DNA of 64,000 bases from Candidatus Gastranaerophilales bacterium (GTDB lineage Bacteria; Cyanobacteriota; Vampirovibrionia; Gastranaerophilales; Gastranaerophilaceae), in the NCBI GenBank assembly GCA_944323135.1, contig CALURI010000013.1, positions 1,039 to 65,038 on the forward strand. The letters run 5' to 3'. Positions within the stretch are counted from its first letter, which is position 1, and every line of letters starts with the position of its first letter. The notes under the pieces are model-generated. The model searched no databases, had not been told where the DNA came from, and saw nothing but the letters and a program-made list of their open reading frames with translations. Below are positions 8,528 through 17,044 of the stretch, in pieces. Position numbers and translations under genes: made by a program.

Positions 8528-8968
8528 ATGATAAGTTCTGTTTCCAATATTAATTTCCGTGGAGATGCGGCTCCTGTAAATCATCAGGATTTGATTAATT
8601 CTCCGGGTAAATTTACTACTCAGGCTCCAAAAGCTGATGCACCTGCTGATTCTTTTGAAAAGAATGACGGTGTTGAAAAATCCAAAAGCAAAACTCCGGT
8701 AATTTTAGCTTCTGTTGCAGCTTTGTTACTTGCAGCTTATGTAGGTTTGAGTGTTGCTGTTGGTAAAGGTAGTATTGTTGAAAAAACAGGTGCAGATCTT
8801 AAATTTGGTGACAAAGTTAAAAACTTCTTCTACAAAGTTGGTAAAAGCGGAGATGATCTTTGGAACAAAATCAGAGGCAAAAAGGTTGAAGGAGATGAAA
8901 CTCCGAAGAAAACTCCTGATGCAGCTGATGCACCGGAAGCTGCAAAAGCAGAATCTGCTGAAGTTTAA
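8528..8968 (+). CDS. Small single-pass membrane protein, paralogue of 59740-60612
   Basis: RBS AAGGAGG lies upstream. The TM/core LLLAAYVGLSVAVGKG...VKNFFYKVGKSGDDLWNKI aligns with LLAAAYIGLSVAVGKK...VKNVFVAIGESGVKLWKSI. Confidence 0.5.
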   Translation: MISSVSNINFRGDAAPVNHQDLINSPGKFTTQAPKADAPADSFEKNDGVEKSKSKTPVILASVAALLLAAYVGLSVAVGKGSIVEKTGADLKFGDKVKNFFYKVGKSGDDLWNKIRGKKVEGDETPKKTPDAADAPEAAKAESAEV

Positions 8969-9002
8969 GAAGAAAAATAACATATTTTATATATATATAA
9001 AT

Positions 9003-9046
9003 AGAAATTCCGGTATTAATATTAATACTGGAATTTCTTATTTTTA
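9003..9046. terminator. Bidirectional hairpin terminator between convergent genes
   Basis: An ~18-bp stem AGAAATTCCGGTATTAAT/ATTAATACTGGAATTTCT is followed by a T-run and preceded by an A-rich stretch. Confidence 0.7.
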
Positions 9047-10132
9047 GTCTAAAAATTCCGATAATATTGTATTACTTATTAAGATTCCTTGATTTGTTAA
9101 AGTAAAACCTTCATTAGTTTCTTTTAGAAACTTATATGAAACATACTTATCTATAATAGGGGCGTACTTTTTACGGAAGTCTATATTAAATTTTTGATTT
9201 ATTTTTTCAATATTTATTCCGTCTGTTTTTCTAAATCCTAGAAAAATTTCTTCTTCTAATTGTTCTTGTTTAGAGAGTTTATGTATGTGTTTGTGTTTTA
9301 TTGGATTTTTTATATACTCCTCCAGGTTTGTTGTATTTGAATATCTTATATCTCCTTCATAACCGTGAGATGCAAGGCCAAAACCGTAGTATGTGTTGTT
9401 ATCCCAATAGTTGAGGTTGTGTTTTGAGCTGTAACCTGATTTGGCAAAATTACTTATCTCATAATGTAAAAAGTTATTTTTTGTTAAAATTTCTATTGCT
9501 TTTAAATACATTTCTGCTTGCATATCATCATCAGGTAAATTGGAAGGCAAGTGTTTTGCAAAATAACAATTTTTATCAATTTTTAAACCGTATAATGAAA
9601 TATGTTGGATTCCAAGACTTATTGCATGTTTTAAATCTTTTTCAAAATCATTAATTGTTTGGTTTGGTAATCCGTATATAAAATCGAGATTAACATTTTG
9701 AAAATCTGCATCAAAAGCATAATTTAGCGCATTTTCAACATCTTTGGAATTATGGCGTCTGCCTATAAGTTTTAAAATTTTATTATTAAATGTTTGGCAT
9801 CCGAAGCTTAGTCTGTTTATTTTTAAAGCTTTAAGACTTTTTAAATAATCCAAATTTATTGTTTCGGGATTAAGTTCTGTTGTAATTTCGGTTGTTGAAT
9901 TTATGTTAAAAAGGTTAATAATTTTTGCAAAATCATCAGATGTCAACAATGACGGTGTCCCTCCGCCAAAGTAAAGAGTATTGAGAAGTTCACCTTTGTA
10001 AGAATTTTTTATTTCATTTATTAAAGCTTTTATATAGTTTTCTTTTAGTTCAAGTTTTGGATATGAAACAAATGAACAGTATTTACATTTTGATTTACAA
10101 AATGGTATGTGTATATAAACATTTTTTGTCAT
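9044..10132 (-). CDS. hemW: Radical SAM HemN-like heme chaperone / oxygen-independent coproporphyrinogen oxidase family
   Basis: The CxxxCxxC motif sits in HIPFCKSKCKYCSF, followed by GGGTPS. The length is typical at 362 aa. Confidence 0.85.
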   Translation of the reverse strand: MTKNVYIHIPFCKSKCKYCSFVSYPKLELKENYIKALINEIKNSYKGELLNTLYFGGGTPSLLTSDDFAKIINLFNINSTTEITTELNPETINLDYLKSLKALKINRLSFGCQTFNNKILKLIGRRHNSKDVENALNYAFDADFQNVNLDFIYGLPNQTINDFEKDLKHAISLGIQHISLYGLKIDKNCYFAKHLPSNLPDDDMQAEMYLKAIEILTKNNFLHYEISNFAKSGYSSKHNLNYWDNNTYYGFGLASHGYEGDIRYSNTTNLEEYIKNPIKHKHIHKLSKQEQLEEEIFLGFRKTDGINIEKINQKFNIDFRKKYAPIIDKYVSYKFLKETNEGFTLTNQGILISNTILSEFLD

Positions 10133-10268
10133 AAATATATTTTATATAGAAAGTTGATTTTTTCAAAATATCCATTAAATGATTGATGTGAAGTTTTTAC
10201 AAATATTCTATTGTATTTATGGGGAAAGCTCATTATTACAGACTTGAACAAGGGATAAAAATTAAAGT

Positions 10269-11471
10269 ATGGGAAATGAAAAAATCAATTCAATAGATTA
10301 TAAAGAATTGTATGCGCAGTACAATTGGTTTGCCAATTCTTATTTGCCCGCTGTTCAGGCATCTTGTGATGAATTTTTCCTGCCCGGGTTCAAGTTTATA
10401 TTATTAGGGATAAGTAAAAATATTAATACATTAATGGATAAGGATGCGTATTTTGTTACCAAAATTCGTGTAGATAAATTGCATGATATGTTTTTCCGTA
10501 CTTCTGAAGAGGCTGTTGGAATTATTTTTGATAAAATACTCGGCAGATCAAATTCCAGATTTAATTTGAATAAGTTAACAGATTTGGAAGCTAAAATAAT
10601 TACTTCATTTAATGATTTTATGTTTAATACACTTTCCCAATTTTTAATCCCTTCGCCTCCTGTTTTAAAGAGGACGAATTTTGATGTTATTCATTTAACT
10701 TTTTTGCTTAAAGATGTTGCATCAAATAAAGTTGCAAAGTTTATTATTACTTTACCCGAAGAGCTTTTAAACCCTGATGTTGTTACATCAAGTGAAGATA
10801 AATTTGAATACGGAGATTTTGAAACAAGTGTAATTGATGTAGCCGTTAAAATTGGAACTACAAGATTTAAATTAATAGATGTTAAAAATATTGAAGTGGA
10901 TGATATTGTAGTTTTTGATGACAGTAACATAAATCGTATGGTTTTAAAGTTTAAAGATTACGAAACAGATATAAATTTAAACCCAAATTTGGGACTGGTT
11001 ATGCCGGTGGATAACGATGGAGGAAATGAGAATATGGCAGGAGAAAATACAAATCTCTGGGACAGTATTGAAGTTGATATGAGTGCCCAATTTGATACTG
11101 TAAAAATTACTCTTGGCGAATTAAAAAATATAGAAAAAGGGCTTGTTGTGGATTTGACATCTATTTATGACAACAAGGTAACATTACGTGTTGAAGATAA
11201 ACCTATAGCTCGCGGAGAACTTGTTATCGTAAATGACAGATATGGTGTAAAAATTGATGAAGTTATTGCACCTACTCCAAAAGCTGATGTAAATCAAAAT
11301 TCTTTGCCGCAGCAAAATGATGAGTTTGAATCTCAAAGTTCAGATATGGATTTTGATGATAATGTGTCTGACAATTTGCCTGAACAGACTGAAATTCCAC
11401 AGGGAGTTCAAAACCCAGAAGAAGATGAATTTGATTACAGTGATTTTGAACTTGAGGACGAAGATATATAG
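10269..11471 (+). CDS. Flagellar motor switch protein, FliM/FliY-like, with C-terminal FliN (SpoA) domain
   Basis: The FliN-type C-terminus is VKITLGELKNIEKGLVVDLTS..VTLRVEDKPIARGELVIVNDRYGVKIDEVI. The middle region is FliM-like (NKLTDLEAKIITSF). It sits directly upstream of fliO-P-Q-R. Confidence 0.75.
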   Translation: MGNEKINSIDYKELYAQYNWFANSYLPAVQASCDEFFLPGFKFILLGISKNINTLMDKDAYFVTKIRVDKLHDMFFRTSEEAVGIIFDKILGRSNSRFNLNKLTDLEAKIITSFNDFMFNTLSQFLIPSPPVLKRTNFDVIHLTFLLKDVASNKVAKFIITLPEELLNPDVVTSSEDKFEYGDFETSVIDVAVKIGTTRFKLIDVKNIEVDDIVVFDDSNINRMVLKFKDYETDINLNPNLGLVMPVDNDGGNENMAGENTNLWDSIEVDMSAQFDTVKITLGELKNIEKGLVVDLTSIYDNKVTLRVEDKPIARGELVIVNDRYGVKIDEVIAPTPKADVNQNSLPQQNDEFESQSSDMDFDDNVSDNLPEQTEIPQGVQNPEEDEFDYSDFELEDEDI

Positions 11472-11491
11472 AATATTTTTTCGGAGGGATA

Positions 11492-11899
11492 ATGAGTACT
11501 TATTTGTTAAATTTCATAGTTTATACGGCAGCAATGATAGGAATTATATTTGTAGCTGTTTTTGTGTATAAAAAGTTTTCTCTTACTGGAAATTTAAAAT
11601 CAAAGTTTTTAAATGTAGAAGAATGCATAAGTCTTGCACCGAGAAAAGAACTTTATGTTGTACGAGCCGGTAGTGAAAGATTTTTAGTCGCATCTGATGT
11701 CGGCAGGACAACTCTTATATCAAAACTTTCAGATAGTGAAACAATTCCATCACAAATAAATTCTGAAAACGGAGCTTCTGTATTAAAAACTCAAAATAAA
11801 TGCAGTGTTGATGATTTGCCGACAATCGTTGATTTTCAAAAAGCTTCTGCTCAAAAAGTACCGAAAAAAGTTTTCAAAAATATTATAAATAACATTTAG
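11492..11899 (+). CDS. fliO: Flagellar biosynthesis protein FliO
   Basis: A single N-terminal TM helix is followed by a LAPRKELYVVRAGSERFLVAS-type motif. Its position immediately upstream of fliP supports the call. Confidence 0.6.
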   Translation: MSTYLLNFIVYTAAMIGIIFVAVFVYKKFSLTGNLKSKFLNVEECISLAPRKELYVVRAGSERFLVASDVGRTTLISKLSDSETIPSQINSENGASVLKTQNKCSVDDLPTIVDFQKASAQKVPKKVFKNIINNI

Positions 11900-11909
11900 A
11901 GGAATAAAA

Positions 11910-12551
11910 ATGGATACGATAATAAAAGATATGAACCCTGTTTTACAAATGCTGATATTAATGACGGTTTTCTCATTAATACCACTTATTTTTTGCTGTA
12001 TGACAAGCTTTTTAAGATTTGTTATAGTTTTTTCAATGTTAAAAACAGCAATGGGTACTCAGCAAGTTCCTCCTTCTATTGTAATTGTAGGTTTAGCAAT
12101 GATTTTGACATTTTATACAATGGGCGGAACATTCCAAAAAATGTATGAAATGGGTTCTGTTCCGTATCACAAAAATCAAAATATTGTAGAGGCAATTAAT
12201 GAGGGTTCAAAACCTTTAAAAGAATTTATGATGAAACAAACAAGGGAAAGTGATTTGGCATTCTTTATTGAAGCTTCAAAAGGACAAGCACCTAAAAACC
12301 CTGAGGAAATTACGGTTTGGCAAGTTGCGCCTGCGTTTATTATAAGTGAATTGAAAACATCTTTTGAAATCGGATTTATAATTTTTGTTCCGTTCATAGT
12401 ATTAGATCTTGTTGTTGCAAATATTTTGTTAGCACTTGGTATGTTTATGTTGTCCCCGACAATTATATCTTTACCGTTTAAGCTGTTGATATTTATTGCG
12501 GTTGACGGTTGGGCGTTAATTGTTCAGGGACTGGTTACAAGTTACAATTAA
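11910..12551 (+). CDS. fliP: Flagellar export apparatus protein FliP
   Basis: Contains FLRFVIVFSMLKTAMGTQQVPPSIVIVGLAMILTFYTM and FIIFVPFIVLDLVVANILLALGM. Confidence 0.9.
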   Translation: MDTIIKDMNPVLQMLILMTVFSLIPLIFCCMTSFLRFVIVFSMLKTAMGTQQVPPSIVIVGLAMILTFYTMGGTFQKMYEMGSVPYHKNQNIVEAINEGSKPLKEFMMKQTRESDLAFFIEASKGQAPKNPEEITVWQVAPAFIISELKTSFEIGFIIFVPFIVLDLVVANILLALGMFMLSPTIISLPFKLLIFIAVDGWALIVQGLVTSYN

Positions 12552-12565
12552 TATCTATGAATCAG

Positions 12566-12697
12566 ATAATCTACAAAGAGGATAAAAAGCCTCAGACAAA
12601 AATAAAAAAAGGTTACACAATAATCTGTAAAGAGGGTAAAAAAGCCTCAGACAAAAATAAAAAAGGTTACACAATAATCTACAAAGAGGGTAAAAAA
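12566..12697 (+). repeat. 54-bp tandem repeat (~2.4 copies) in the fliP-fliQ spacer
   Basis: Copies start at 12566, 12620 and 12674 (ATAATCT[AC/GT]AAAGAGG[A/G]TAAAAA..GCCTCAGACAAAAATAAAAAAGGTTACACA). Each copy carries the AAAGAGGGTAAAAAA Shine-Dalgarno-like segment. Only the last is followed by ATG. Confidence 0.9.
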
Positions 12698-13186
12698 ATG
12701 GAAGTTTTAGTTGAATATCTGGCAAAAGGCTTTTTAATAATGCTTGCAATATCAATGCCTTGTGTACTTGTAGCTGCAGGTATCGGTCTTGTTGTAGGTA
12801 TTTTACAAGCTGTTACTCAGGTTCAGGAACAGACTATTGCAGCTGCGCCAAAGATTCTTGGGGTTTTCCTTGTTATTGTAATCGGTGGTATAGGTTTTAT
12901 AAATATGTTAAAAAGTTTTACGCTTGATGGAATGTCTATGGCGTTTAATTTAATATCGAAAAATGATACTTATGTACTTCCAGCGGATTATTATAAATAT
13001 ACCAGCCCATTTGAGCATGAAATGTCTGATAAATTTAAAAATCAATCTTCAATTAATGATATGATGAAAAATCCGGGTAAAGTTCCGTTTATAGATCAAC
13101 AGCAAAAAACTAAATATTATGCAAGTCCTCAGACACCTATGCCGCGTCCGAATTTTGTAGAAACAAACCAAATTTTGGGGAGATAG
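12698..13186 (+). CDS. fliQ: Flagellar export apparatus protein FliQ with a ~75-aa C-terminal extension
   Basis: MEVLVEYLAKGFLIMLAISMPCVLVAAGIGLVVGILQAVTQVQEQTIAAAPKILGVFLVIV is canonical FliQ. The ATG at 12698 has a GAGGG RBS. The upstream part of the long ORF from 12509 is repeat-derived. Confidence 0.85.
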   Translation: MEVLVEYLAKGFLIMLAISMPCVLVAAGIGLVVGILQAVTQVQEQTIAAAPKILGVFLVIVIGGIGFINMLKSFTLDGMSMAFNLISKNDTYVLPADYYKYTSPFEHEMSDKFKNQSSINDMMKNPGKVPFIDQQQKTKYYASPQTPMPRPNFVETNQILGR

Positions 13187-13189
13187 AAT

Positions 13190-13531
13190 ATGAAAAAATT
13201 ATTGTTAATTCTTTCTGTAATAATTTTTATTCCTCTTCAGAGTTTTGCGTTTGAAGATTATATTATAACGTCTGACAAACCTGTCAAATCTGTTTCATCA
13301 AGTGATGAAAGTATAATTTCCGTATTGCCTTTTTTTACCATAGATAACAGAAAAGACACAATTATTGTCAAAGCAAAACGTGAGGGAAACGCAGAAATAA
13401 AAGTAGTTCGAGATGACAAAGATATTATTATAAATGTCAAGGTTACACCTGAGCAAACAACTTTTACTTGCGATGATGATTTTGCATATTTCCCGCTGGA
13501 TAGACCTGATGATAAGAAGGAGGGTAAGTAA
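13190..13531 (+). CDS. Small secreted beta-rich protein inserted between fliQ and fliR
   Basis: Signal peptide MKKLLLILSVIIFIPLQSFA. The mature part (VKSVSSSDESIISVLP...IIVKAKREGNAEIKVV..IIINVKV) resembles a pilus-formation N-terminal / Ig-like beta domain pattern. Confidence 0.5.
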   Translation: MKKLLLILSVIIFIPLQSFAFEDYIITSDKPVKSVSSSDESIISVLPFFTIDNRKDTIIVKAKREGNAEIKVVRDDKDIIINVKVTPEQTTFTCDDDFAYFPLDRPDDKKEGK

Positions 13532-13533
13532 AT

Positions 13534-14313
13534 TTGGAACATATCATTGAAGAATTGATGAAGATGTTTCCTATGCTTAATGCTTATTTAGCAGCAGGTA
13601 TATTTATTTTTGCGCGTATGCTGGGATTTTTCAGACTTGCACCGGTATTTAACAGAAAAGAAATCCCAGGTATGGTTAAATTAGGGCTAATTCTCTTGAT
13701 AACCATAGTTTTGACTTGTATTTCAAAACCTGAAGTTACAATAATTAAAGAATCGTTTGCTCTGTCAATTTTGTTGAATATGGTAGTAGGTGCAATGATT
13801 GGTTATATTGCGCAATTAATTTTACTCGCCGTTGATGCCGGCGGAGATATGGTAAATATGCAGATGGGGCTTTCTTCTGCAATGGTTTTAGACCCCACAA
13901 CTTCTTCGCAGGTATCTATTGTAGGTAAATGTTTTCAACTTTTAGGTTTGATAATTTTTATACAGTTAGGCGGTGTTTATTGGCTTTTGTCTGCGCTTAT
14001 AAGAAGTTTTGAAATATTCCCGTTAGATGCTACAATCATTCCTTTACAACAAATTGTAAATATGGACTATATGGTTCAATTGTCATCAAATGTTTTGTTT
14101 ATGGGGCTGCAAATTGCCTCTCCTATACTTCTTGCAACTCTTGGTCAAGATATTATTCTTGGTGTAATTTCAAAAACAGCACCTCAGGTAAACGTTTTTC
14201 AGCTCAGCTTTTTATTCAAACCTGTTTTGGGAGCTGCAATAATGGTTTGGATTTTACCTATGTTAGTTAATATTATTTCAGATTATTTTTTGTCTTTTGC
14301 AAAAATTATTTAA
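13534..14313 (+). CDS. fliR: Flagellar export apparatus protein FliR
   Basis: A polytopic membrane protein in the fliPQR position. The FARMLGFFRLAPVF motif is typical of FliR. The start is uncertain: TTG at 13534 or ATG at 13558/13564. Confidence 0.85.
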   Translation: MEHIIEELMKMFPMLNAYLAAGIFIFARMLGFFRLAPVFNRKEIPGMVKLGLILLITIVLTCISKPEVTIIKESFALSILLNMVVGAMIGYIAQLILLAVDAGGDMVNMQMGLSSAMVLDPTTSSQVSIVGKCFQLLGLIIFIQLGGVYWLLSALIRSFEIFPLDATIIPLQQIVNMDYMVQLSSNVLFMGLQIASPILLATLGQDIILGVISKTAPQVNVFQLSFLFKPVLGAAIMVWILPMLVNIISDYFLSFAKII

Positions 14314-14689
14314 AATTTTTGAAAAAATTTATATCAATAAGTTCAGCTTCTGTTACAAGATCTTCTGTAATCGTTTTTTCTATATCAATGTTGTTTGTGT
14401 AAAGTTCAGGATTGAGAGCAAAGTCAGAGGAACCTTTAACATTAAATTTTGGGGTTTTGGTAAATAAATTTGGAGCTATTTCTTGAATTTTATATTTAAG
14501 ACCGTATTCTACTGCTTTGCCAAAATCACCTTTTGTATTTTTTTTGTATTGTGAAATAAAAAGATCATAATTTTCGCTGATATTTTTTATTACAGTAGAC
14601 TCTTTTAGAGCTGTCTGTACCTCAGGTGAAACGTTTCTTAAATATAATCCGTTAAAATTTTGTTTATTCGGGGTATAATTTATTTTCAT
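14306..14689 (-). CDS. Hypothetical protein
   Basis: 127-aa ORF convergent with fliR. No recognisable motif. Confidence 0.4.
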   Translation of the reverse strand: MKINYTPNKQNFNGLYLRNVSPEVQTALKESTVIKNISENYDLFISQYKKNTKGDFGKAVEYGLKYKIQEIAPNLFTKTPKFNVKGSSDFALNPELYTNNIDIEKTITEDLVTEAELIDINFFKNFK

Positions 14690-14721
14690 AAATGTTATAA
14701 AACCGGTAAAAAAAATTTTTG

Positions 14722-14907
14722 CTAAATTGTATAATAGAATTCCAAAATGTCTGCCAAATCATATTGCCAAGTTCTCAGCTGATAGATTGTATTTCCCGGA
14801 ATTATATCTTCAAGAATTGCATTTGTGTTGCAAAGAAAAATTTTTTTCACCATATCAAGAAAACATTGTTCAAACTCTTCCATAAATTTTAATACTTCCC
14901 GTATCAT
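14722..14907 (-). CDS. Hypothetical small protein divergent from an XRE regulator
   Basis: 61-aa ORF. It shares a palindrome-containing intergenic region with 15005-15208. Confidence 0.3.
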   Translation of the reverse strand: MIREVLKFMEEFEQCFLDMVKKIFLCNTNAILEDIIPGNTIYQLRTWQYDLADILEFYYTI

Positions 14908-14922
14908 ATAAACCTTCTTTAA

Positions 14923-14950
14923 TTTTATGCACTATATATAGTGCATAAAA
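14923..14950. promoter_or_regulatory. Perfect 28-bp palindrome, candidate operator
   Basis: TTTTATGCACTATATATAGTGCATAAAA is its own reverse complement. An extra half-site ATAGTGCA lies ~10 nt downstream. It sits between divergent genes, one of them an XRE HTH regulator. Confidence 0.6.
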
Positions 14951-15004
14951 TATCATACATAGTGCAAAGTGTCAACTTAATTAAAAAAAATTTATAATTT
15001 TATT

Positions 15005-15208
15005 ATGATAGTTTGCAAATTGGACGATATAATTTGGCAGAATAAGACTACTGCTAAAGATATAGCTTTAAAAACCGGAATAGGCAGAAATACATTGTCA
15101 AGATGGCGAAATAATAAAACAACTGCTTATGATGCAAAAACTCTTGATTTGTTATGCAAGTATTTCAACTGCAAGGTTTCTGATTTATTAGAGTTTACTC
15201 CTGATTAA
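15005..15208 (+). CDS. XRE/Cro-C1 family helix-turn-helix transcriptional regulator
   Basis: TAKDIALKTGIGRNTLSRWRNNKTTAYDAKTLDLLCKYFNCKVSDLLEF is a typical short HTH_XRE protein. Confidence 0.8.
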   Translation: MIVCKLDDIIWQNKTTAKDIALKTGIGRNTLSRWRNNKTTAYDAKTLDLLCKYFNCKVSDLLEFTPD

Positions 15209-16358
15209 TTTTCATATTTTTAACAAAATCCCCGATAGCAAAAGCTTCTACCGTACCGACTACTATTTCAAAATCTTTTATTTCTTCTTGCAATTCATCT
15301 TTCATGTGTGCAAGAAGTCCGGGTATAATTATTTTTCTGTTTTTTACTTTGTTTGCAAGATTGAATTTTTTTAGAGTTCTGGCAGCAGTTTGCGCCGTAA
15401 ACTTTTCGGCTGACCAGGCTGTTAGAACGCTCATCCCTTCGGCAGGAGTTACAACAAGATATGATGGAACCGGAAGGCTCTCCAATTCATTTGCAACAGC
15501 AAAAAATGTAAGTGCAAAATTTGTGGTCATAAATATTAGAGAATTTTCATCAGGATTGTTAAACTCATATATTTTCGGTTCAACTTGAAGTGGTTTTTGG
15601 GGATCTGTAAAAATATTTTGTCTTAAAGTCATAAGAGAAGTTATTAAATATGGGTTGAAATCTTCAAATACAAGCATATTTGCATATTTACAGATGTAAT
15701 AAGAAGCTTTTGCACAAAGTTCATTCATATTATCAGTATGCTCAAAATATACATATACAGGATTTGAATAATTTTCATCTTTTTCAATAACCGCTTTTTC
15801 TCTTATTTTGACAAGTTCATCTGCAGTTTCTTCAAAGTTTTTATCGATAATTTCTTTTAGAGGAAGTTTTTTTAATTCGTCATAAGAAATTACGTTTAAT
15901 TCCCCATCAAGGATAACAGATTGAAAATCTTTGATTTTTTTATTTAGTGTCTCCTTAATTATTACCAAATCTACTTTTAAATGCTCGTTTATCCTTGTAA
16001 TTTCAAAGTTTTTTACCTGTTCAAATTTTTCTTTCCAATCAGGTTTTGCAATATCAATAACAACTGCAATTGCACATTTATTAATAAATGTTTTTTCATG
16101 TCTGTACAAAACATTTTCTCCGCCAATTTTAAGTCCGTTTATTTCAACGGTTTTTTGGGGTTCTTTGGAGTTTTGCTCATACATATTTTTCAAGTCTTGC
16201 GGGACGTATGGGCATTTTTCAATATCAATATTATGTTTTGCAAGTTTTAGTGCAAATGCCATGCAGGTTGGACAACTGCATTCTTTACAGTTTGTGTGTT
16301 CAGCTTTTTTTGCTGCCGGAAGATATTTGAAAATTTGTAATCCTGAAAGTTCTGTCAT
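15195..16358 (-). CDS. Corrinoid iron-sulfur protein large subunit-like (AcsC/CdhE-like)
   Basis: The N-terminal Fe-S domain LSGLQIFKYLP..NCKECSCPTCMAFALKLAKHNIDIEKCPYV matches the AcsC N-terminus pattern. The C-terminal segment MTTNFALTFFAVANELES..PSYLVVTPAEGMSVLTAWSAEKF is typical of the AcsC corrinoid-binding domain. At 387 aa it is shorter than canonical. Confidence 0.7.
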   Translation of the reverse strand: MTELSGLQIFKYLPAAKKAEHTNCKECSCPTCMAFALKLAKHNIDIEKCPYVPQDLKNMYEQNSKEPQKTVEINGLKIGGENVLYRHEKTFINKCAIAVVIDIAKPDWKEKFEQVKNFEITRINEHLKVDLVIIKETLNKKIKDFQSVILDGELNVISYDELKKLPLKEIIDKNFEETADELVKIREKAVIEKDENYSNPVYVYFEHTDNMNELCAKASYYICKYANMLVFEDFNPYLITSLMTLRQNIFTDPQKPLQVEPKIYEFNNPDENSLIFMTTNFALTFFAVANELESLPVPSYLVVTPAEGMSVLTAWSAEKFTAQTAARTLKKFNLANKVKNRKIIIPGLLAHMKDELQEEIKDFEIVVGTVEAFAIGDFVKNMKINQE

Positions 16359-17044
16359 GCTAGTCCTTTCATAATTTTAACCGCTTGAGCAATTGTGAGG
16401 ACAATGTAATCTGCACCTGCAGCAAGGACACCTGAGGCTGAAGAGATTTCAAGATATAATGCAAGATTTTTATCTTTTGCTTCTTTTGTTTTAGCGGTCT
16501 CTTCTGTTGCAAAAGATATAATCGGCATATTCAAAAATTTGTCACCTTGTTTATTATCGTTACACTTGCCTTCAAGTTTAATTTTTTCCATAATACTGTA
16601 GCCGTATTCAAAACCATACCCAAGTCCGCCAATGTCAGTATCCATTAATATTTTATCCAAACTAAGCCCCATATCAGAAGTTAAAATATTCATTTCTTTT
16701 GCAAGGTTGATATCAATAGGTGTGCGGATAATGAGTTTGTGCCCTCCTTTTATGACAGGAGGGACAATATTTTTATAATTATTTTCATTTGCAATCCCTA
16801 TTATACATTCTCTGTCAAGAATATCCATAACAGAAGGCAAAAGATTAATGTCAACGGAATCGTTTCCACATCCTCTTAACATTAAAGGCTTATTAATTTT
16901 TGGAAGAAGATTTTTTAATATTATTAATTCTTGTTCCCAATTTTCTTCTGAAAATTTTATACCTAAAATGTCACAATCGTTTGTTAAATTTTTTTCCGCT
17001 TCATAAATCGGAACTTGTAAAATATATTTAACTTTGTCTTTCAC
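16355..17044 (-). CDS. Corrinoid iron-sulfur protein small subunit-like (AcsD/CdhD-like TIM barrel)
   Basis: [12 protein letters not shown]...[10 protein letters not shown]...[14 protein letters not shown] pattern. It has a 4-nt ATGA overlap with the AcsC-like gene and a 17-nt overlap with the ftsH 3' end. Confidence 0.6.
   Translation of the reverse strand: MKDKVKYILQVPIYEAEKNLTNDCDILGIKFSEENWEQELIILKNLLPKINKPLMLRGCGNDSVDINLLPSVMDILDRECIIGIANENNYKNIVPPVIKGGHKLIIRTPIDINLAKEMNILTSDMGLSLDKILMDTDIGGLGYGFEYGYSIMEKIKLEGKCNDNKQGDKFLNMPIISFATEETAKTKEAKDKNLALYLEISSASGVLAAGADYIVLTIAQAVKIMKGLA

Noticed and set aside
12509-12697. Long N-terminal extension of the fliQ ORF in the track (start 12509, overlapping the fliP 3' end).
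   Set aside because: The extension starts inside fliP and runs through the 54-bp tandem repeat. The canonical FliQ N-terminus (MEVLVEYL) begins at 12698 with a good RBS. The in-frame ATG at 12557 is kept only as a possibility in the findings.
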